This document shows positions 1 through 14,169 of a stretch of DNA of 60,219 nt, one piece after another. The stretch comes from Octopus bimaculoides (taxonomy: Eukaryota). The translations under genes and the position numbers were made by a program. The first letter of the stretch is position 1. Each line of letters starts with the position of its first letter. Where the stretch lies: contig NC_068985.1 in NCBI RefSeq assembly GCF_001194135.2, forward strand, positions 114,032,228 to 114,092,446, read 5' to 3'. The notes under the pieces are model-generated. The model worked only from the letters and a program-made list of their open reading frames with translations. It was not told the DNA's origin and did no database searches.

Positions 1-64
1 GATTGTGGTGGTGGTAGTAGTGATTGTGGTGGTGGTGGTAGTAGTGATTGTGGTGGTGGTGGTG

Positions 65-107
<43 letters not shown>

Positions 108-118
108 CAGCAGCAACA
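1..118. repeat. Compound trinucleotide microsatellite (GGT/AGT/GCA)
   Basis: Runs of GGT, AGT and GCA read directly. Confidence 0.9.
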
Positions 119-788
119 GAAACAGCAGCAACAAGTCAAATTATGAAAAAGGAGTAAGGAGCAGAAAGGAGTAGTAATAGTAGTAGTAGTAGTAGCAGCA
201 GCAGAAGCAGATTCTACAAGAAAGTATGGCAACAGCAAAATGCGAAAAGTAAAAAACAAACAAACAAACAAACAAAAAGTCTGACTTTAAAGTTGAAGTA
301 ACATCAGACAGCATCCAAATTGGAGAAACTGCAGTGACATTTAAGCTTTAATTAAAACCAATGATGTGATGAAGGGGTGAAGGGTGTGGGTGTTGGTGGA
401 GGTTGTGAAGGGTTAGGGCGCAGTCGGGGGGAGGTTGTTGGTATGCATTGCAGTATTAGTGTGTGGAGAGGTGGAGGTGGTGGAGTGGTGTAACTGGGAC
501 TGTGTGTATGTACACATGTATGGATGTTTCTTTTGTATTATGTATGCATGTTTATGTATATATGTATTTGTAAGTATGTATGTTGGTATATATGTGTGCA
601 TATATATATGTTGATGTACAATAAGTATATATGTTTATATATGCACATGTATACACACACACGCACATATATATATACACACACACAGATATATATGTAT
701 ATATACAAACACCAAACACACACATACATACCTATGTAATTGTATATACATGTACATGTATGAATCAAAGATATATATATATATATAT

Positions 789-1013
789 CATCATCATCAT
801 CGTTTAACGTCCGCTTTCCATGCTAGCATGGGTTGGACGATTTGACTGAGGACTGGTGAAACCGGATGGCAACACCAGGCTCCAATCTAATTTGGCAGAG
901 TTTCTACAGCTGGATGCCCTTCCTAACGCCAACCACTCAGAGAGTGTAGTGGGTGCTTTTACGTGTCACCCACACGAAAACGGCCACGCTCAAAATGGTG
1001 TCTTTTATGTGCC
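789..1013 (-). mobile_element. Young RTE-type LINE/SINE 3' end (family B), running into a gap
   Basis: Minus strand ends ...GGAAAGCGGACGTTAAACGATGATGATG; near-identical to 1491-1710, 24296-24504 and 53828-54047. Confidence 0.85.
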
Positions 1014-1490
1014 NNNNNNNNNNNNNNNNNNNNNNNNNNNNNNNNNNNNNNNNNNNNNNNNNNNNNNNNNNNNNNNNNNNNNNNNNNNNNNNNNNNNNNN
1101 NNNNNNNNNNNNNNNNNNNNNNNNNNNNNNNNNNNNNNNNNNNNNNNNNNNNNNNNNNNNNNNNNNNNNNNNNNNNNNNNNNNNNNNNNNNNNNNNNNNN
1201 NNNNNNNNNNNNNNNNNNNNNNNNNNNNNNNNNNNNNNNNNNNNNNNNNNNNNNNNNNNNNNNNNNNNNNNNNNNNNNNNNNNNNNNNNNNNNNNNNNNN
1301 NNNNNNNNNNNNNNNNNNNNNNNNNNNNNNNNNNNNNNNNNNNNNNNNNNNNNNNNNNNNNNNNNNNNNNNNNNNNNNNNNNNNNNNNNNNNNNNNNNNN
1401 NNNNNNNNNNNNNNNNNNNNNNNNNNNNNNNNNNNNNNNNNNNNNNNNNNNNNNNNNNNNNNNNNNNNNNNNNNNNNNNNNNNNNNNNNN

Positions 1491-1710
1491 GGCACATAAA
1501 AGACACCATTTCGAGCGTGGCCGTTTTCGTGCGGGTGACACGTAAAAGCACTCTCTGAGTGGTTGGCGTTAGGAAGGGCATCCAGCTGTAGAAACTCTGC
1601 CAAATCAGACTGGAGCCAGGTGTTGCCATCCGGTTTCACCAGTCCTCAGTCAAATCGTCCAACCCATGCTAGCATGGAAAGCGGACGTTAAACGATGATG
1701 ATGATGATGA
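1491..1710 (+). mobile_element. Family B 3' end, inverted relative to 789-1013
   Basis: Same sequence as the left copy apart from 5 substitutions and a 9-nt deletion; (GAT)n tail. Confidence 0.85.
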
Positions 1711-2299
1711 GTACATGGCAGCACCTGAAGAGGTGGTGAGGGCATACATGTAGATGTATAGGTTATATGAGTCTGTGCATGAGATTTGGATACAAGTGTA
1801 TATCAGCATACACATGTGGATATTTAGATATTCACATGAATGTATGCTGGTATGTGTGTGTGAGTGCATGTGGATCCATATTAGTGTGTGATTGCATGCA
1901 TGTGGATGGGTAGATATGCGCATGCGGTTAGCCGTGAGCAAACGACCTTATATTTTCGGCAATTAGCAGAGTTTCAAGAACCAGGAAGAAAAAAATTATA
2001 TATATATACATATTATAAAAATAAAAGCAAGGACATAAATGAATATATATATATATATATATACACCATATATATATACATATGCATGTGTGTATGTATA
2101 TATGTGTGTGCATGTATGTATATATATTTATATATGAAGCATCAAGAAGCTAAAAAATGTCACCCTTCCCATTCCAAATATCAATATATAAATAAATAAA
2201 ATTATGAAGAGAGAATATGGAAACAAAAAAAAAATAAAGGTAAGATTATAAACATATGTACCTCTACCTGCAAATAAACAAGTTAACATTCTTAAATCA

Positions 2300-2346
<47 letters not shown>

Positions 2347-2954
2347 CATTTTACTTTTTAACATAATTTACTTCCTGAACCAAATAAATAGATTTTTGTT
2401 TACTGCTTTGTATTGATTCCATACCATCATCACCATCATCCACCCCTGCCCCACCCCTTCACCACTGCTGTGGCACAGACACTACCNNNNNNNNNNNNNN
2501 NNNNNNNNNNNNNNNNNNNNNNNNNNNNNNNNNNNNNNNNNNNNNNNNNNNNNNNNNNNNNNNNNNNNNNNNNNNNNNNNNNNNNNNNNNNNNNNNNNNN
2601 NNNNNNNNNNNNNNNNNNNNNNNNNNNNNNNNNNNNNNNNNNNNNNNNNNNNNNNNNNNNNNNNNNNNNNNNNNNNNNNNNNNNNNNNNNNNNNNNNNNN
2701 NNNNNNNNNNNNNNNNNNNNNNNNNNNNNNNNNNNNNNNNNNNNNNNNNNNNNNNNNNNNNNNNNNNNNNNNNNNNNNNNNNNNNNNNNNNNNNNNNNNN
2801 NNNNNNNNNNNNNNNNNNNNNNNNNNNNNNNNNNNNNNNNNNNNNNNNNNNNNNNNNNNNNNNNNNNNNNNNNNNNNNNNNNNNNNNNNNNNNNNNNNNN
2901 NNNNNNNNNNNNNNNNNNNNNNNNNNNNNNGCATGGGCACTCATGTTCTTTATC

Positions 2955-3165
2955 CTTATTTATTTTTTTTACTTGTTTTAATTATTGGACAGTGGCCATG
3001 CTGGGGCACCACCACCTCGAGAGGTTTAGCTGAACAAATTGGTTCCAGAACTTTTATTATTTTTTAAAGTTTAGGACTTACTTTAACAATCTCTTTTCGC
3101 CAAACTGCTATGTTACAAGGTTGTGAATAAACCGACACTAATTTCGAAGTGGTGGTGGGGGAAGA
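2955..3165 (-). mobile_element. SINE family A, 3' part, degraded
   Basis: GGCCATGCTGGGGCACC tail motif and CTCTTTTCGCCAAACTGC body shared with other A copies. Confidence 0.7.
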
Positions 3166-3181
3166 CACGCACGCACGCATG

Positions 3182-3225
<44 letters not shown>

Positions 3226-3230
<5 letters not shown>

Positions 3231-3390
3231 AGGCTGGCTGTGTGTTAAGAAGTTTGCTTCCTGGCTACATGGTCCTAGGTTCAGTTCAACTGTGTGGCAC
3301 CTCGGGCATGTGTTTTCTACTATAGCCTAGTGCTAACCAATGCCTTATGAGTGAATTTAATAGACAGAAACTGAAAGTCTGTCACATATG
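3226..3390 (+). mobile_element. SINE family A, 5' part (tRNA-like head plus CORE-like segment)
   Basis: TGGCTGTGTG..GGTTCAGTTC head followed by CACCTCGGGCATGTGTTTTCTACTATAGCC. Confidence 0.7.
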
Positions 3391-3392
3391 GA

Positions 3393-3513
<121 letters not shown>

Positions 3514-3697
3514 ATATCATAAGAACGATTGCCATGTTTACAACAAATGTGGATTCATATCACACAGGTAAGCTTTGATTATCCAAAGGGTCTCTTTTTT
3601 AAACCCAATATTTCAATGATGTTCTTTAAAGTTTGCTTTGAGATTCACCACTCCCAAAAAGAATTACACACTCACACACGCACACACACACATGGCC

Positions 3698-3983
3698 TGG
3701 CACTGTCGGTTATGGCAAGAGTCCTAGTTGATCTGATCAATCAAACATTCTACTCATAATTAATGTGCAGGTGGCTGAGTATTCCAAAGATGTGTACTCT
3801 TATCGTAGTTCTCAGAGAGATTCAGTGTAAGACAGTGTGACAAGGCTGAATTACAGATACAACTCATTTTTGCTAGCTGAGTGAACTGGAGTAAAATGTC
3901 TTGCTCAAGGAAGCAATGCACGGCTGGAAATCAAACTCACATCCCTACGACCATGAACTCTAACCACTACACCAGATGTCCTC
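3698..3983 (-). mobile_element. SINE family D (body Y + tail i), degraded
   Basis: tRNA-like head, CCTTGAGCAAGACATTT body, and tail homologous to 52893-53100. Confidence 0.65.
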
Positions 3984-4280
3984 ACACAGACAGATACATG
4001 ATATTTGAGTGTGAGGTTTAATTGCACTAAAACAGTATGAAAATAAAACATTCTCTACAAAAGTATATAATATATAGAGAGTTGCAGTTAAATTGTGACA
4101 CATCTAGTCAAATATTTTATATATATATATATAATTAGATTTTACATTTCTGTTGAATATGCAGAGTTTCTCAGCAGAATAGTCTAAGACTTCCATTTAG
4201 AACCTGTCGATATTCACTCAACTTCATTCTAGCAATAAATATTAGTTCTTAGCAATATAAAAGTACCATATTCTTCACAT

Positions 4281-4364
<84 letters not shown>

Positions 4365-4739
4365 ACACACGTGTACACATGCATGCTATCAAGTTGAATG
4401 AACTCTTGAAGTCCAATGCTTAACTATACAATGCAGCTAAGGACATTTCCTTCATAGGAAGCTTAAGTAAGTTTTAACCATACTTCAAGATAAGTGTATA
4501 TGCATAAACACATGAATTAAGATATACACATCTGCACACATATATACAGACACACTTTATATATTTATATACGTACACATACAAAGTATGTGTGTGTATA
4601 TATATATATATAAATGTTATATATAAAATGTTGTCTGAATTATGTGTATATGCATATATACATATATCAATATATGTATGTATAAATATACACATAGACG
4701 CTCACACATACGTCTTTAGAGTGTAATGGGTGCATGTTT

Positions 4740-5220
4740 TCGTGGCAGTAGTGAAGCTGCATTGTAACATGCTAGACTAATGGGACTTCTTGACTACAAG
4801 AGATTAAGAGAGAGAGGTGGCTTTATGCAATGGGGTGAGAGGTTAATAATAAGCTGGGTGGAACAGATTTAGGTTTATTGTGGTGGAATGATTCAGTACT
4901 ATCCTGCATTATATAAAAGGATTGGGTGGATGGAGTGATGCCAGAAAGATAAAGATGTTTGTGATAAGGTGATAAAGTGATCCTGAAGGTAATACGTCCA
5001 TGAAGCTGAACAGGAAAGAGACCACGAAAGCAAAAGGATCAGAAATGGTGGGCAAAGGCAGCAAGATTATTTAAGGATAGAGAGTGAATAATGGATAGAA
5101 GAAATAGGAGAAGGTGGTCAGAGTTATGTAGGGGGCAAATACAGTGAATGGTGAACAAGGGTAGGGTTGACAATGGCAAATAGGAGCAGGAGAGGTTGGT
5201 GGTAAGAATGACGGATGGAT
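4740..5220 (-). pseudogene. Probable degraded Penelope-like reverse transcriptase C-terminal remnant
   Basis: Minus-strand translation SFMDVLPSGSLYHLITNIFIFLASLHPP...FHPAYY*P..LHKATSLS*SLVVKK resembles the PLE pattern FLD..G.L.T.LY.K.T..H.YL...S.HP / F..RGYP...KA..R..LL; many stops. Confidence 0.35.
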
Positions 5221-5234
5221 GTCAATAAGAAATG

Positions 5235-5410
5235 GCTTTAGCATTCAGATAACTCTGTCAAATGCAATGCTTATTTATTCACATTGTTTTGAATTAATCA
5301 TTCATTATCTCCATAGCTTCATGATTTTGATGATGTGATTGTTTCTTTTTAGACTGTAATGGTAGAGTAGATATGACAGGCCAAATATGGCTGGTTTATA
5401 TGCTAAAGTG
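5235..5410 (+). mobile_element. piggyBac-like MITE copy, eroded ends
   Basis: TTTAGCATT ... ATGCTAAAG inverted ends; internal homology to 11922-12142 and 42011-42124. Confidence 0.6.
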
Positions 5411-5579
5411 TAGAGGGAGGGAGAGAGAGAGAGAGAGAGTGATTGTTTTCATTAATTATAGCAACAGAATAACAAAGTAGACAGAAGAGTGATGGAGGGA
5501 ACCTAGAGAGATGAGGAGAGACAGGTATAGATTTGCTAGGGATATCTTGGGCAATGGACGCAGTGGTGTGCATGTATGT

Positions 5580-5659
<80 letters not shown>

Positions 5660-5663
<4 letters not shown>

Positions 5664-5860
5664 CATCCAGACCATCAGTTTTGTCATGCTTGCATAGGTG
5701 AACAGTCTTCTCAAGCACGGCAGATTGCATGGTGTTTATCTGTGAAGCATGGGCCTTGAATGGAGTGCATTAGCAAAGACAAGAAGAAGCTTATCTGGTG
5801 CTGTTAACACTAAAGCATCAAAGACTTCAGGAACAGATCCTTGTCTTGAACTTGGAGTAG
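5660..5860 (-). mobile_element. Degraded RTE LINE 3' end
   Basis: Minus strand GCCGTGCTTGAGAAGACT (AVLEKT) followed by a TGCAAGCATG..GATG-type tail. Confidence 0.4.
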
Positions 5861-7190
5861 ACTAAAATTACTCATACACAGTATATTTCCCTAAATTCTT
5901 TATTTCTTTCTATACTTTTCTTATATCTCTTATACTTGCTTTTTATGAGAAGCTACTTGATCTTGAAATATTGGATATCATATTTTATTACACATTTGTT
6001 TCAGCTCCTTACATTCCGAGTTCAAATCCTGCTGATGTCACCTTCGCCTTTCATCCTTTTCTGAGTCAATAAAATGAAACATCATTCAAGTACTGGGGAT
6101 CGATAATCATAACCTTGCCGACATTAGATAGACATAACTGAATTCCACTAGACAATAATGAGACCAAAAACTTGTACACTTGAAAAATACTTGTAAAAAA
6201 AAAAAAAACAAAAAAAAAAAACAAACGCGAGACTAGGCAAGAGTCAGGCATCTCCCAAGAAAAGACAAATTATCCTTTTATGTGATCGCTTTAATAAACC
6301 CGCATTGATTGCATGTAGACTGGTATTATCATGTTAAATGAGGATTAGATCAGCTTGGCAAGGGAAAAAAAGACAATGTGTCTGTTTTCTGCAGGTATTA
6401 ACTAACCCCTTCTCATCAGAATTACTGGTCTTGGACCTAAACCAGAACAGAAACCCTATATTGTCACACATTTCTATTGCCAATGAAGTTTTGCCCTATC
6501 ATTCTTGTGGTTTGAGTCAGAGGGAGATTTATTGAGAAACAGCAACATCTATATTTATACATACAAGGAATATTTTACTGAAATGTCTATCGTACAGAAG
6601 TTTATCGAATGCTTCATAAAAACACCAACAATGAAACAAAATTAACCAATTTAGTTTTCATTTACCTGTCGTTAGTCTTCTGTACAAATGTTTATAGAGT
6701 AAAGATAGACAAAAAATACAGGTGAATAGATGCAGATTGCATACAGACACAAATTCACAATGGATTATATATTAGACAATATAGCAATACAAATATATAC
6801 ACATTTACTAAATACACATACAGGTATAAAAAATATGTTGAGAACATTGACACATACATAATAAGTATACACTTGTAAAATAATAAGTACATACACACAG
6901 TAAATTACACCTACACGCATACAAAATATAAGGGGGGCATATACTCTAAATTATAGCTATACCACATACATATAAATATGCATACATAAACAGAGCAAAC
7001 AATAAAAAACACATACTAATTATTCATTTATACACACACACAATTAAGAAACATATGGATAGAGAGAAAATCACACATACACATAGAGAATACACACACA
7101 CACATACCAAAATACATAACGACAAACATACAGTAGTACATACAGATAGATAAATAAATGATAAAACACATACACACATTATAAACATAG

Positions 7191-7236
<46 letters not shown>

Positions 7237-7587
7237 GTATATATATATGTGAACCTATATATACACACACATATAAACTTCTATGTATACACACAACACA
7301 AACAGCAAATCCTCAAAAACAGAAATAAGTACATCGATCATATATATATATATATATATATATATTCCGAACAGCTGCCGGAATTTCCCAGACTCCGTAA
7401 TGATTGAGGAAATGCTGTGAATGTGTGTGCATATCTACATGTAAAAACCAGAGCTTATGTATTTCATTCCTGATATGTATGTACGCACATGCACACATTC
7501 TGTGCATATGCATAATGCATTACTGTGCTTGCAAGCACATTTATATTTCTGTTTTTGGATTAAAACCCAGTGTGTGTATGTGTATGT

Positions 7588-7630
<43 letters not shown>

Positions 7631-8374
7631 CATATACATCCATAAACATAAGTAAATCAGAATATGTGTATTCATTCTGAACATATGAATATTTTGCAAG
7701 TAGAGTTTAGTATGTAAAAATTCTACACCCTCAAGCAGCAGTGCATAATTGCATACACACACACACGTGTATTTACATGCACAAAGAGAGAGAGAGAGAG
7801 AGGTGGAAGAAGAGAAGGGTACAGTATGGCTGAATGGTTACAAACTTCACTTTGCAACTGAAAGATCCAGGGTTTCATTCCTTTGCCAGGCATCTTAGGT
7901 CACACACACGCATGCATATAAATGAAGAGAGAGTGTGAGAGATTTATGTATATACATTCACACATATACATACATAAAAACATGTACATGCAAACATTTA
8001 AGTATACATACACACATATATACATTGGCGTATATATATATATATATATAATACATGCACGCACGCACACACACACAGAGTTGATCATTCATTGCTTATT
8101 TAATGTCTGTTCTCCCATGTTAGAATGGGTTAGACTGAGATGTATCTCAAGTAGGATTTTACAGTTGAATATCCTTCCTGTCACCAACCTTAACCTGTTT
8201 TTCATATAAGGGATGTTTTATTCCACAAGACAACAAAAAGCACACAACACATAGTCATATGGTTAACAAGGAATTTAAATATATCACCCTATTGTTCAAG
8301 CAAAACCATGGGATGTTAAAATCCATGTTCCCTCATGCACACAAACACATACAGTATAATATTACTTACACATG

Positions 8375-8435
<61 letters not shown>

Positions 8436-8462
8436 ATTTCTATGCATGTATTTATGCATATG

Positions 8463-8896
8463 TGTGGACTGGAGTTGGTAGACAGAAACTAAAAGAAGCC
8501 CATTGCATGTGTGTATATATATGTGTATGTATGTATTTATTTGTGTATTTGTCCTCCACTACAACTTGACAACCAGTGTTGGTTTGTTTATGTCCCCATC
8601 ACTCAGCAAAGAGACAGAGAATAAGAACCTGACTTAAAAGTAGGAGTTGACTGGAGTTGACTTGTTTGACTGGACCTGTGGTTCCCAGCCTGTGGTTCGA
8701 GGACCCCTGGTGGTCAGCAAATTTAGTACTGGGGGTCTGTGAACATGTTAAGCTGACAGACCTTTCAAAAACTTGGAAAAACTCATTTAAATAAAAGGGG
8801 TCCTTGTTAGGGAAAACGTTGGGAACCACTGGACTAAACCCTTGAATGTGGTGCCTGAGCATGGTCGCAGTCCAATGACTGAAACAAGTGAAAGAT
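8463..8896 (+). mobile_element. SINE family A (body + tail) interrupted by a hAT MITE
   Basis: TTGGTAGACAGAAACT...CATGGTCGCAGTCCAATGACTGAAACAAG. Confidence 0.75.
8676..8831. mobile_element. hAT (Charlie-like) MITE nested in SINE A
   Basis: Ends CTGTGGTTCCCAGC / GTTGGGAACCACTG; 8-bp TSD GACTGGAC / GACTAAAC (6/8 match). Confidence 0.75.
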
Positions 8897-8924
8897 ATAT
8901 ACACACACTTTAACACATACATGA

Positions 8925-9080
8925 CAAATTCCTTTTTAGATTCCATTTGCCAAAAATCCACATGTAGGAGTTTGGTCCGCCCAGGGCTATAAGGGAAATA
9001 TTTGCCCAAGGTGACATGCAGTGGGACTGAACCTGAAACTATGCTTTTGGGAAATGAATTTCCCAATCACACAGCTTGAT
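8925..9080 (-). mobile_element. SINE family A head fragment
   Basis: TTGCCCAAGGTGACATGCAGTGGGACTGAACC; similar heads at 11345-11505, 12370-12530, 20590-20705, 31110-31280, 44620-44755, 49700-49860 and 58890-59050. Confidence 0.7.
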
Positions 9081-9186
9081 TTTGCATATTCATACACAAT
9101 ACCGCATCACCGCTATTTTCATCACTTTCCAGCTTGCACCTGATCAATTATATCCTCCTTTCTGTAATGTGAATCATCATCTAGCT

Positions 9187-9475
9187 CAGTGATTCTCAAC
9201 CAGGGTCCATATAGCCCTTGGAGTGATTGACATTAGGAAGGGCATCCTTGTCAGAACAGATTAGAACCTGATGCAGCCTCCTGGCTTGCTAGTCTTCATG
9301 CCACCATGGAAAGTGGATGTTAAAAGGTGATGATGATGATGATAACTACAATACTCAAAATTAGAAAAAAATTGTACAATTGCTAATAATATCAAAAATA
9401 TAAAAAGATTTTTTTAACAATGAATGGCAATGGGGTTAGGGGTCCATAAGTAAAAAAAATGGTCAAGAATCACTG
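9187..9475. mobile_element. hAT MITE carrying a nested family B tail (about 9220-9345)
   Basis: TIRs CAGTGATTCTCAACCA / TGGTCAAGAATCACTG; 8-bp TSD ATCTAGCT / GTCAAGCT (6/8 match). Confidence 0.7.
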
Positions 9476-11921
9476 GTCAAGCTCGTCAACAGTAAGAAAC
9501 TTGTTCTGCTCTGGTTCTTTTCTCATACTTTACCCCTCTCTAATTCTTGTCTCTTAGCATAAAGTCCCCTCATTCTTGGGTTGTGTAGTCATGTAAGCTG
9601 AATTGTGTCCTCACAACTGATATTGGTTTGGAGAAAAAGAAAAAGCACCTGATATACACAGTGAAGTGGTTGGTATAGGAAGGGTATCCGTGTGTAGAAA
9701 CTATACGAAGGCAGACACTGGAGCCACAATGCAGTCCTTGGGATAAATGAATCTAGACAAACCATCCAACTCGTACCAGCATGGAACACGGACATAAAAT
9801 GATGACAATATATGTGTGTATGTGTGTTATGATTGCTTTTTATGCATAATTAAAACAAAAATAGACATGATAAATATTTTTAATTTCACAAATACCTTCC
9901 TATCTCTCCCCTACCCCCTTTAAAAAAAAAACAAAAAGCAAAATAAAGCCCCGACTTCATCCCATCGCCCTATTCATACTCCACCAAAACTAAAAATACA
10001 GAAATTTAAATAAAAAACAAATTAAGAAGAAAGAAAAGAAAATATTCTTTAAAATAAAAAAAACAAAAACGTAACTGCAACATAAAATAAAGAAAGGAAA
10101 TCCATTCATTATTATGTTTCTGCATGTATGATGTGCGTGTGTGTGTGTGTGCGTGTGTGTGTGTGTGGGTGATTGTTTTTAATCTCTCTTCATTCTGCGT
10201 GGCCACACACGTTTGGGGAATTTATTTATGAGAAACTATGATGTCATTGAAAGACTGAATGGCAGTAAAATATTTCACAAAGTTTTTTTTTTTCTCCAGC
10301 AGCAGCAGTAGCAGCATCACCATCTACATGCATATATCTATACCTATACCCATATCCCCCCCCTGTCTGCATCTAACTTACTCTATTTCCCTATTTGGTA
10401 ATTTTATTCAAGTTTGTGCCTGCCTGTCTGTTTTTGTGGGTATGTGTATTTATGTGTGTGTCTTTATATGCGTGTGTGCTTATATTTGTGTGTGTGTGTG
10501 TGTGAGTGTGTGTGTATTTATATGTGTGTTTGTATCTGTGTGTATTTATATCTGTTTGTGTCTGTGTCTATGTGTGTATGTTCTTGTATGTGTATGTGAC
10601 TGCAAATGTGCGTTTATGTATCTGTCTGTGTATACATATTTGTGTGCGTATACATGTGTTTGTCTTTACATCATTGGACTGGATAAAATAAATTCTGTGA
10701 CACTGAAGCAGCAGCAGAAAAACAAAACCAAAAAAACCCCCCAAAAAAAACAAATAAACAAAAATACACGTAAATTCAAAACACCGTTTTATTATCACGG
10801 CACCAAAACAAATTTAAGTTGCCAAAGAGCTGTTTTTGTATATAATTTTATTTCTGTTGTTTCTTTCCTCTGTTACTTTTTATTGTTTTGGAAATTCCAT
10901 TTTAGCAACCGTCTCCATTCTACATTTAAACTAGTTTTGCATCCACTGCATGAGGCAGAAGGATTTATCTTTTATTATTTTATTGTCAATAAATTTGGTA
11001 TTTGCATATTGCTTGGAACCAGTAATTGCTTAGATATGTATTCAAAGATACATCAGTGTTTTTATTATTATCGCTTTAACGTCCACTTTTCCATGCTTGC
11101 ATGGCTCGGTCTGAGTTTACTGAGGCAAGTATTCTACAGCTGGATACCTCAACCTTCATCTGCGTCCAAGCAAGGTTAATATCTCCCCTGTGGCCAGATA
11201 TGTTTTTGCAGGATATTGGAAATGAATGACACTGCTTGTGAGACAGTGACACTCATTTACAACTATCACAAGATGCCGAGGCAAGGAGTCACAAACATAT
11301 ATACACACATATATACATGTGTGTATGTGTGTGTATATGCATATGAGACAAGCTTCTTCCAGTTTCCATCTACCAAATCCACTCACATGGCTTTGGTCAA
11401 ACCCAAGATTTTAGTAAAAGATATTTGCCCAAAGTGCTATGTAGTGGGACTGAACCTAAAACCATGTGACTGGGATGCAAACTTCTGATTCACACAGCCA
11501 TGCCTATACTTTATATGTGTACATAAATAATTATCACTGACTTGCAGATAACAACCACATCTCTCTCTCTTTCTCCCTCTCTCTCTCTCTCTCAATTCCT
11601 TCTTAACAATTTTTTAAAGGAGGTACCATAGAAGCAACCTTCTCTTATTTAATTACTGTTATTTTATCTTTGACAGACCTGAATGAACTGATCCATGACC
11701 AAAGCATTCTACCTGTAACCTACAACCACCTTGTTTCTTAATCATGCACAGTATATCTAAGACTACATTGCCAAAGTATCTTCCCTTTCTTTATGATACA
11801 AAGGTTTGATTTATGAGAGATTTGGCTACTATTTCTTGTAGATTGAGCAACTACAGACAGATCCCTTAATTAGAAGAGTCTCTATCAGGGTGTGTTCATT
11901 CTACCTTGAAATAGCATTTAA

Positions 11922-12142
11922 CCCTGTAGCATTCAGATTACACTATCGAATGTTATGTTTGTTCATTCACACTGTTTTGAATTATGCATACATTATTTCA
12001 TAGCTGTGAGATTTCAATGACATGAGCGTTTATTTGTAGATTGACTTTCTGTGATACGTGTGAGAGGCTATATCTGACCAGTTTGAAATATAAAACAGAC
12101 AGAATATTTGGGCCAGATATAGTTGGTTCAAATGCTAATGAA
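11922..12142 (+). mobile_element. piggyBac-like MITE
   Basis: TTAA on both sides (11918-11921, 12143-12146); starts CCCTGTAGCATT and ends AATGCTAATGAA; other copies in the window. Confidence 0.65.
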
Positions 12143-14127
12143 TTAAACCAAATATGTCATAGCAAACTCCTTAACATCTTTAACTCTTTTGGTACCATAC
12201 TTATCTTGAAATGCACTGTCTTTGAAAACAATGCGTTTAGTAAAAATCTGCAGCCATAAACAAAGTTCTGTACAAAAATGTATATACGTCTACACATCAG
12301 TAATCACTTGAATATAAAGCAATAATTATGTATATGCATGACTCAATGAATCTAAACATTTATAGGTACACTTGGACTATGTGGTAAGAAATGTGATTCT
12401 GAACAACATGGTTCTAGGTTCAGTCACACTGTGCGGCACCTTGGGCAAATGTCTACTATAGACCAGAACCAACCAAAGTTTTTGAGTGAATTTGGTAGAC
12501 ATGAACTTCAAAGAAGTCTGTTATGTGTATATATGAATGTATCTATGTATGTAAATATATAGATGCGTGTGTGAGTGTATATATATATATATAAATAATG
12601 ATGTCTGTAGATGTGTGTGTGTGTTGGCATATTCTTCTCTTAGCATTGTGTAACAGTTGTAGATTATGATCACTGCATACAAGTGACACTTTCCAATATT
12701 CTGCTAGAACATGTCTGACCATAGGGAAATACCTTGCTTGAAAACAGGTGAGGGTTGGTGACTGGGAAGGCATCCAGTCACAGAAAATATGCCTTGAATA
12801 AACTCTATATGACACATGCAAGCATGGAAAAGTGGATGTTAAAATTATGAAGATGATGATATAAATCTGTAGGTCTGTACAAGGGAGTGCTGGCTTTAAG
12901 GGTATTGTGAAAGGCCTGGCTGGAGGCCCAACCTTCCGAGTTCTTTTACAGGGTTTAGAAAAACTGTAGGACCACTGCAATAAGTGTATGAATCTGAGAG
13001 GTGAAGACGTTCGATAAAATCATAATTAACTGATTCTCTTGTATTTCTTTTACCCAAAGCCAGGAACTTTTCAGCAGCCTCTCATACATATAGTTCCACA
13101 CAAAAATGTTTGTATACGCACGCATCAGTGACTGCTTGTATATAAACCAATAATTATAGAAATATATCAGTGCATATAAAGACACAGACATGTCACTAAT
13201 CCGATCTAAAACTTGTATGTGTGAGTGAGTGTGCATGCACACAGATACACAAAGAGGCAGAGTGCATTATTTGTGTGTAAACATACCAAAAGTGAAGAGG
13301 GGAAATAAGAAGTAATGGGGGTAGGGATTGAGGGGTGAGATGGAGAGAGAGAGGGGGGAGAGAGGGAGAGAGAAAAGAGGGTGAGCAAAACACAATTCTC
13401 AACCACAATAAACAAATTTTATTGTTGTCCTTCTCATTAAGTCAAATCATTTGTGATAAGCAGCAGAGATAAGAGTTAAGAACCGGTGGCAGTGGGTTGG
13501 TGGGTTAAGAGTAGCAACAACAACAACAACAACAACAATAGCAGTGGGAGATATTTATCTCTGAATATACAGCCAAGAGTTGGGGAAAAAAATAAGCTAC
13601 TCCACCACTTGCACACACAGTCTTTCTCTCTCTTTTTCTCCACCCCTATCTAGATCACATCTCAATTCCCAGACCAGACTTTCCAACCCCCCCCCCGCCG
13701 CTGCTAACTCATCGACCCCCTAACATNNNNNNNNNNNNNNNNNNNNNNNNNNNNNNNNNNNNNNNNNNNNNNNNNNNNNNNNNNNNNNNNNNNNNNNNNN
13801 NNNNNNNNNNNNNNNNNNNNNNNNNNNNNNNNNNNNNNNNNNNNNNNNNNNNNNNNNNNNNNNNNNNNNNNNNNNNNNNNNNNNNNNNNNNNNNNNNNNN
13901 NNNNNNNNNNNNNNNNNNNNNNNNNNNNNNCCCGCCCCGTTCTTACCATAACTTTCAAGTTAGCAGTCATAATAAATAAGAGAAAGAGAAGAGTATTAAG
14001 GAAGAAATGTAATTAAAAAAAGTAATAAAATATAATTAATAAAATAAATAAAGTGAAAGACAAATGCAAATAAATCTCAGTTTTACTCCCCTACCAGTTC
14101 TTTATGGTGTACCCACCACAAAGAGAG

Positions 14128-14169
<42 letters not shown>

